From IMG/VR virus record IMGVR_UViG_3300036820_000021, positions 1 to 58,919 of that record: 58,919 bases of DNA; one strand, given 5' to 3'. The notes beneath the pieces were generated by a model. The model searched no databases and was not told the DNA's origin. It saw only the letters and a program-made list of their open reading frames with translations. This document shows positions 55,270 to 58,919 of the stretch, one piece after another; the stretch's first letter is position 1; the number at the start of each line of letters is the position of its first letter. The position numbers and the translations under genes were made by a program. This DNA comes from a virus (taxonomy: Duplodnaviria > Caudoviricetes).

Positions 55270-55533
55270 CTATCCTGACAAGGTTGCGAGCGCAGCTTTC
55301 ATCGCGGCAACAGCACTCATTTCATGCCGCTCGTAGTCGGCGGTGTCATCGCCGGTGGTTGACGCCATCACGACCTGGTCGCCGTCATCGCCCGACCGGA
55401 AAATCTCATAGCGCGGCGGCGAGAACGCTTTGTTGAGGCGAACGCCCCATCGTGCGCGTTCATGGTCGTAGGCTTCCGCGGCTTCTATAAGCGCGCTGTC
55501 GTCCATCGGCGTATCCTGTTTCGTAAGCCTCAT
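55270..55533 (-). CDS. Hypothetical protein
   Basis: First ORF of the leftward right-end operon. Confidence 0.45.
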   Translation of the reverse strand: MRLTKQDTPMDDSALIEAAEAYDHERARWGVRLNKAFSPPRYEIFRSGDDGDQVVMASTTGDDTADYERHEMSAVAAMKAALATLSG

Positions 55534-55596
55534 TTTCGGTGGCGAATATAGACGCGGCTATTGCATTTGGCAAGCCCGCTTGCTATTTATTGTCCA

Positions 55597-56184
55597 ATGA
55601 GTGGAAAACCTGATTATCGCGGCTTCGTCAACCCGGTTCCCGGCATCAGCCAAGGGGAGCAAAAGGAACTGATGGCCAAGTATGGGCCGTCAGACGTTTA
55701 CACAATCGCCAAGGGCATCGGCCGCGAGGATTTCATCAAGCAGCTCCGCAGGCAGCGTGTGGCGCTCGTCGCTTGGACTGCGCTACTCGCCAAGCGCGGC
55801 GGCACCAAGGAATCCCGCTACGCCGATTTGATGGAGGCGAAGGACGATATTCACGCTCGCGGCTCCCATGTCCGCGAGGCAGCAACCGGGCTGCGGTCGG
55901 ATCGGCCTGCGGATTGGCGCAAGATGCGGGCGGCTGCGGCCGAAATGCTTGGGCGTCTGGCGCGGTCGGCGAAGAACCCTATCAAGGCGGCGCGCGGATC
56001 ACCGCCGCTCAACTACTCGAACCAAGAACTGAGCGCCATGCTCGTGATCGCTTACAGTCCGGACTATACCAACTATGTCCAGCGGGCCGCAGCGATCAAG
56101 AAAGCCGGCATCAAAGTGCCGTCGCGGACGTGGCTCACTCAATGGCTGAAACGCATTGCCCGCGACCGCGGGCTGGTTACGTAG
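55597..56184 (+). CDS. Degenerate serine-resolvase-like protein with C-terminal HTH
   Basis: Resolvase-like spacing (RGFV..EQ..L..YG...VY..LR....LV....LL..DL...I..RG..V) but no catalytic RVS. Confidence 0.45.
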   Translation: MSGKPDYRGFVNPVPGISQGEQKELMAKYGPSDVYTIAKGIGREDFIKQLRRQRVALVAWTALLAKRGGTKESRYADLMEAKDDIHARGSHVREAATGLRSDRPADWRKMRAAAAEMLGRLARSAKNPIKAARGSPPLNYSNQELSAMLVIAYSPDYTNYVQRAAAIKKAGIKVPSRTWLTQWLKRIARDRGLVT

Positions 56185-56192
56185 GAGCGATT

Positions 56193-56381
56193 ATGACTAA
56201 GCTTCCAATGTCAATGTGTACTGGGTGCCAACACGAAAGTTTTTGCCGAGATCGGGGTTGTACGGCATCAAATGATGAAGCGCGTCGGGAGTTGGAAGAA
56301 TGGGAACGCATTCACCGCGATGCCATTAATAGGTCAGCCTTTGGCCGCCGGCGCCGATATGGCGCGTGGGGTTCATTTTAG
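56193..56381 (+). CDS. Small Cys-containing protein
   Basis: AGGAG SD; CxxC..C..C. Confidence 0.4.
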   Translation: MTKLPMSMCTGCQHESFCRDRGCTASNDEARRELEEWERIHRDAINRSAFGRRRRYGAWGSF

Positions 56382-56391
56382 AGGAGCGATT

Positions 56392-56598
56392 GTGGCCCGA
56401 ACAGTCTGGTACGTGATGAAGATGGCCGATCTGGTTCAATGGGGAGCTGAGCGCAACAATCGTTTCTTCTTGCGCGCTAAGAGCAATGGCGAATGGGAAG
56501 CTGGTTGGGGCGATGCCGCTGGCGAATCCAGTGTTAGAGCCGACACCGCGATAGCGGCGCTTCGAGTATTGCACAACAAATACGCCGTAGCAGAATAG
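56392..56598 (+). CDS. Hypothetical protein
   Basis: GAGGAG SD. Confidence 0.4.
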   Translation: MARTVWYVMKMADLVQWGAERNNRFFLRAKSNGEWEAGWGDAAGESSVRADTAIAALRVLHNKYAVAE

Positions 56599-56607
56599 GA
56601 GCCGTCC

Positions 56608-57081
56608 TTGAAACTCCGTCACGTCCGTATTGATCTGGCCGAAGCGAACGCCTTCGTGACCGAACATCATCGGCATCATAAGCCGGTGGTCGGCCACCTG
56701 TTCTCGCTAGGTGCTGTCTCCGTCCACGTGGATCAATCGGATGGCTTGCTCAAGGACAAGATTGTCGGCGTGGCCATCGTTGGCCGTCCCGTAGCCCGGA
56801 TGCGCGATGATGGTGAGACGGCCGAGGTTACGCGCCTCTGCACGGACGGCACCAAGGATGCCTGCTCATTCCTGTACGGCGCCGCAGCTCGCGCCGCGTT
56901 CGCGCTCGGCTTCAAACGAATCGGAACCTACATTCTCAATAGCGAGCCGGGCACGTCGCTTCATGCCGCTGGCTGGCGATTGATCGGCGAGCGTGGCGGC
57001 GCGTCATGGTCGCGGGATAGCCGCCCGCGTGTGGACAAGCATCCGACGCAAGGCAAGCTGTTATTCGAATTGGTTAAATAG
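56608..57081 (+). CDS. XF1762 family (Mom-like GNAT) protein
   Basis: AN.FV..HHRHH.P..GH.FS..GVAIVGRPVAR..DDG.T.EV.RLC.DG..ACS.LYGA..TY.L.SE.G.SL.AAGW. Confidence 0.8.
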   Translation: MKLRHVRIDLAEANAFVTEHHRHHKPVVGHLFSLGAVSVHVDQSDGLLKDKIVGVAIVGRPVARMRDDGETAEVTRLCTDGTKDACSFLYGAAARAAFALGFKRIGTYILNSEPGTSLHAAGWRLIGERGGASWSRDSRPRVDKHPTQGKLLFELVK

Positions 57082-57090
57082 GAGGGCAGG

Positions 57091-57300
57091 ATGGGGTGGG
57101 AAGCGGCCGGTGCGCTCTACGTAATGGGTGCGATCATGATGGCCTCGCTGACCTGCGAGGAGGAATCGGTGTCCAAGCACATATTCTCATTTCGCTGGTG
57201 CCTATGGATCATCTGTTGGCCGTTCGTGTGGTGGGCTGTAATTGTTGGGGCGGCATGGCGCCGCGTTTGGAACCGTTCATTGTATAGGAGCCGACCATGA
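57091..57300 (+). CDS. Small membrane protein
   Basis: GGAGG SD; two hydrophobic segments. Confidence 0.45.
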   Translation: MGWEAAGALYVMGAIMMASLTCEEESVSKHIFSFRWCLWIICWPFVWWAVIVGAAWRRVWNRSLYRSRP

Positions 57301-57662
57301 AACAGCGCGTCCTAGTTTGCGGCGGCCGGGATTACAACGACCGCGATCGCGTGTTCTCGATCCTCGATGTGGCGCACGCGGCGAACCCGATCATTGAGCT
57401 AATCCACGGCGCCGCTTCGGGCGCGGACAAACTTGCGGACGAATGGGCGGACGGCAAGGTGGCCATCCACGCATTCCCCGCTCCGTGGGAAACGCTGGGG
57501 CACAGAGCCGGGCCGATCCGCAATCAGAAGATGCTTGACGAAGGTAAGCCCGACATGGTGATCGCGTTCCCTGGCGGCGCAGGCACAGCCGATATGGTGA
57601 AGCGTGCAGAGAAAGCCGGCGTTCCCGTCGTCAGAATCCGGCCGCGAAACGCCGCATTGTGA
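57297..57662 (+). CDS. YspA/SLOG (DUF2493) family protein
   Basis: [32 protein letters not shown]. Confidence 0.88.
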   Translation: MKQRVLVCGGRDYNDRDRVFSILDVAHAANPIIELIHGAASGADKLADEWADGKVAIHAFPAPWETLGHRAGPIRNQKMLDEGKPDMVIAFPGGAGTADMVKRAEKAGVPVVRIRPRNAAL

Positions 57663-57853
57663 AGGAGGCGGTCGTGGCCGACATCGACCAAGAGTTTATC
57701 TATGAGCACCGCGCGTTGATTGCTGTTGCTCAAGCGATGCATCGCGAATCCTATTCAGCCCACGTATTTGACTGGATGGCTTGGAAACTGCGCTGCAAAT
57801 ATCCGTTGGTGAGAAAACAAGATCAAATCATTAATTGGGAAGTAAACTCATAG
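57659..57853 (+). CDS. Hypothetical protein
   Basis: Last ORF before attR. Confidence 0.35.
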   Translation: MKEAVVADIDQEFIYEHRALIAVAQAMHRESYSAHVFDWMAWKLRCKYPLVRKQDQIINWEVNS

Positions 57854-57956
57854 CAAAGGAGGGGGGACCGTGCGATCCCTCCGCGTCGTTATTGGGGTTT
57901 TTGAGCCGTTTTTGGGCTCATTGGTGATCGCACCCATTGATATTGCTGTCGATAGC

Positions 57957-57975
57957 AGTCCCTCCACTCCTGCCA
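57957..57975 (+). repeat. attR core (duplicated tRNA-Trp 3' end)
   Basis: AGTCCCTCCACTCCTGCCA. Confidence 0.95.
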
Positions 57976-58199
57976 GTCTGCCCTCGCAAAACGCTTGATT
58001 TTCTTGCGGTGCGACAAAGCGGGGCTGCCAGGTGCGACAAAGGAAGGTTCTCCTTCCGGGTGCCTGCTGCAACCAGTCCTCGACTACTCAACCAGATAAT
58101 TGCCCTCGCGCGTCTCTCCTCGGTTTGCACCTTTGCTATAAGGTGACGCAGATCGGTTGCGACCCGTAGCCGAGTGCCGCGCAAAATCGGAGTGCCGCA

Positions 58200-58478
58200 A
58201 TGAAAACATTGCTGTTCGTGCTCGCGGTCCTCGCCGCTACGGCGGGCTTCGGCACCCGCTCTCAGGCTCAAAATTATCCGTGGTGCGCATACTACGGCGG
58301 CACCGAGTCGGGCGAGAATTGCGGTTTTTCGACATGGGATCAATGCATGGCCACCATCAGGGGAATGGGTGGCGGTTGCGAACGCAACACGCAATATGTT
58401 CCTGCCCCTCCCGCAAGGGTCGCGCCGCCAGCGCCGCCGCCCGCGCGTCGCGACGCGCACCGGTCGGCAAATCAATAG
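58200..58478 (+). CDS. Host DUF3551 family secreted protein
   Basis: Signal peptide; YPWCA.Y..NCGF....QC.A...G.GG.C..N. Confidence 0.8.
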   Translation: MKTLLFVLAVLAATAGFGTRSQAQNYPWCAYYGGTESGENCGFSTWDQCMATIRGMGGGCERNTQYVPAPPARVAPPAPPPARRDAHRSANQ

Positions 58479-58810
58479 TGACGGCACTGAGCGAACATGA
58501 CGACGACGTCGTTTAGCGCTGCGCGCTATCGCGCGCTTCGTAATGCAGAGGAACTGCTCATCGCTTCGACGTGAGGCTGGGGTCGGGAGGGCGGGTGAGG
58601 GTGAAATGACTGGCGTATCCTCTTGATCCGCTGTCGTTCCTTCTCGGTTTCGCGCTGGTCCCCTTGACCGCAGCGGGCTAGGACTGTAGATACCCGCCAT
58701 CGTCAGCGGCCCGGCAACGGACTTCCGCAGCGAGCCCAATCCCAAACAGGAACCGGTGTTATCGGTCTCGTCCTTAAACTTGGGCGGGAAATGGCTATTT
58801 GGTGCGAGCA

Positions 58811-58919
58811 ATGGCGAAAATCAGTCCGTTCAAGTTTTTGCAGGAAGTACGCGCCGAGGCGCAGAAAGTCACTTGGCCGACCCGCAAGGAGACCACGGTG
58901 ACCACCATCATGGTTTTCG
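58811..58919 (+). CDS. secE: Preprotein translocase SecE (truncated by window edge)
   Basis: FLQEVRAE..KVTWPTRKET..TT.MV; tRNA-Trp/secE synteny. Confidence 0.92.
   Translation, partial: MAKISPFKFLQEVRAEAQKVTWPTRKETTVTTIMVF

Larger units (their letters stand above)
1276..57975. mobile_element. Apparently complete temperate podovirus-like prophage (~56.7 kb) with Bcep22-like virion module
   Basis: att direct repeats; integrase next to attL; immunity, replication, packaging, capsid, ejection and lysis genes; no tape-measure or sheath gene seen. Confidence 0.93.

Noticed and set aside
57918-58811. 297-aa minus-strand ORF
   Set aside because: Crosses attR and overlaps the credible DUF3551 gene; no recognisable motifs.

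Overview
GC-rich alphaproteobacterial (probably Hyphomicrobiales) chromosome carrying an apparently complete ~56.7 kb temperate podovirus-type prophage. It is integrated in the 3' end of tRNA-Trp upstream of secE, with a 19-bp att core at 1276-1294 and 57957-57975. Modules run in order: integrase/xis, ERF-exonuclease recombination, CI/Cro immunity, replication with an internal ori, split terS...terL, portal, scaffold, N4-gp56-type capsid, tail and ejection proteins, an immI-like antirepressor island, lysis cassette and right-end accessory genes. Top candidate for an undescribed system: a phage CsrA/RsmA-like protein (28281-28505) plus four copies of a 5'-UTR element CGCGCAGGAYGTGC, ahead of the capsid, tail-fibre, lytic-transglycosylase and holin genes. 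Each copy can fold either as a CsrA-type GGA-loop hairpin or as a stem that occludes the SD/start region, suggesting a CsrA-operated translational ON switch for late genes. Other highlights are a strongly over-represented heptamer CGTAACC (at least 52 copies), a LAGLIDADG endonuclease that inserted by supplying a recoded 3' end of its host gene, a dispersed 15-bp operator network, and an S-layer-like moron. All protein calls come from motif recognition by eye; no searches were run.
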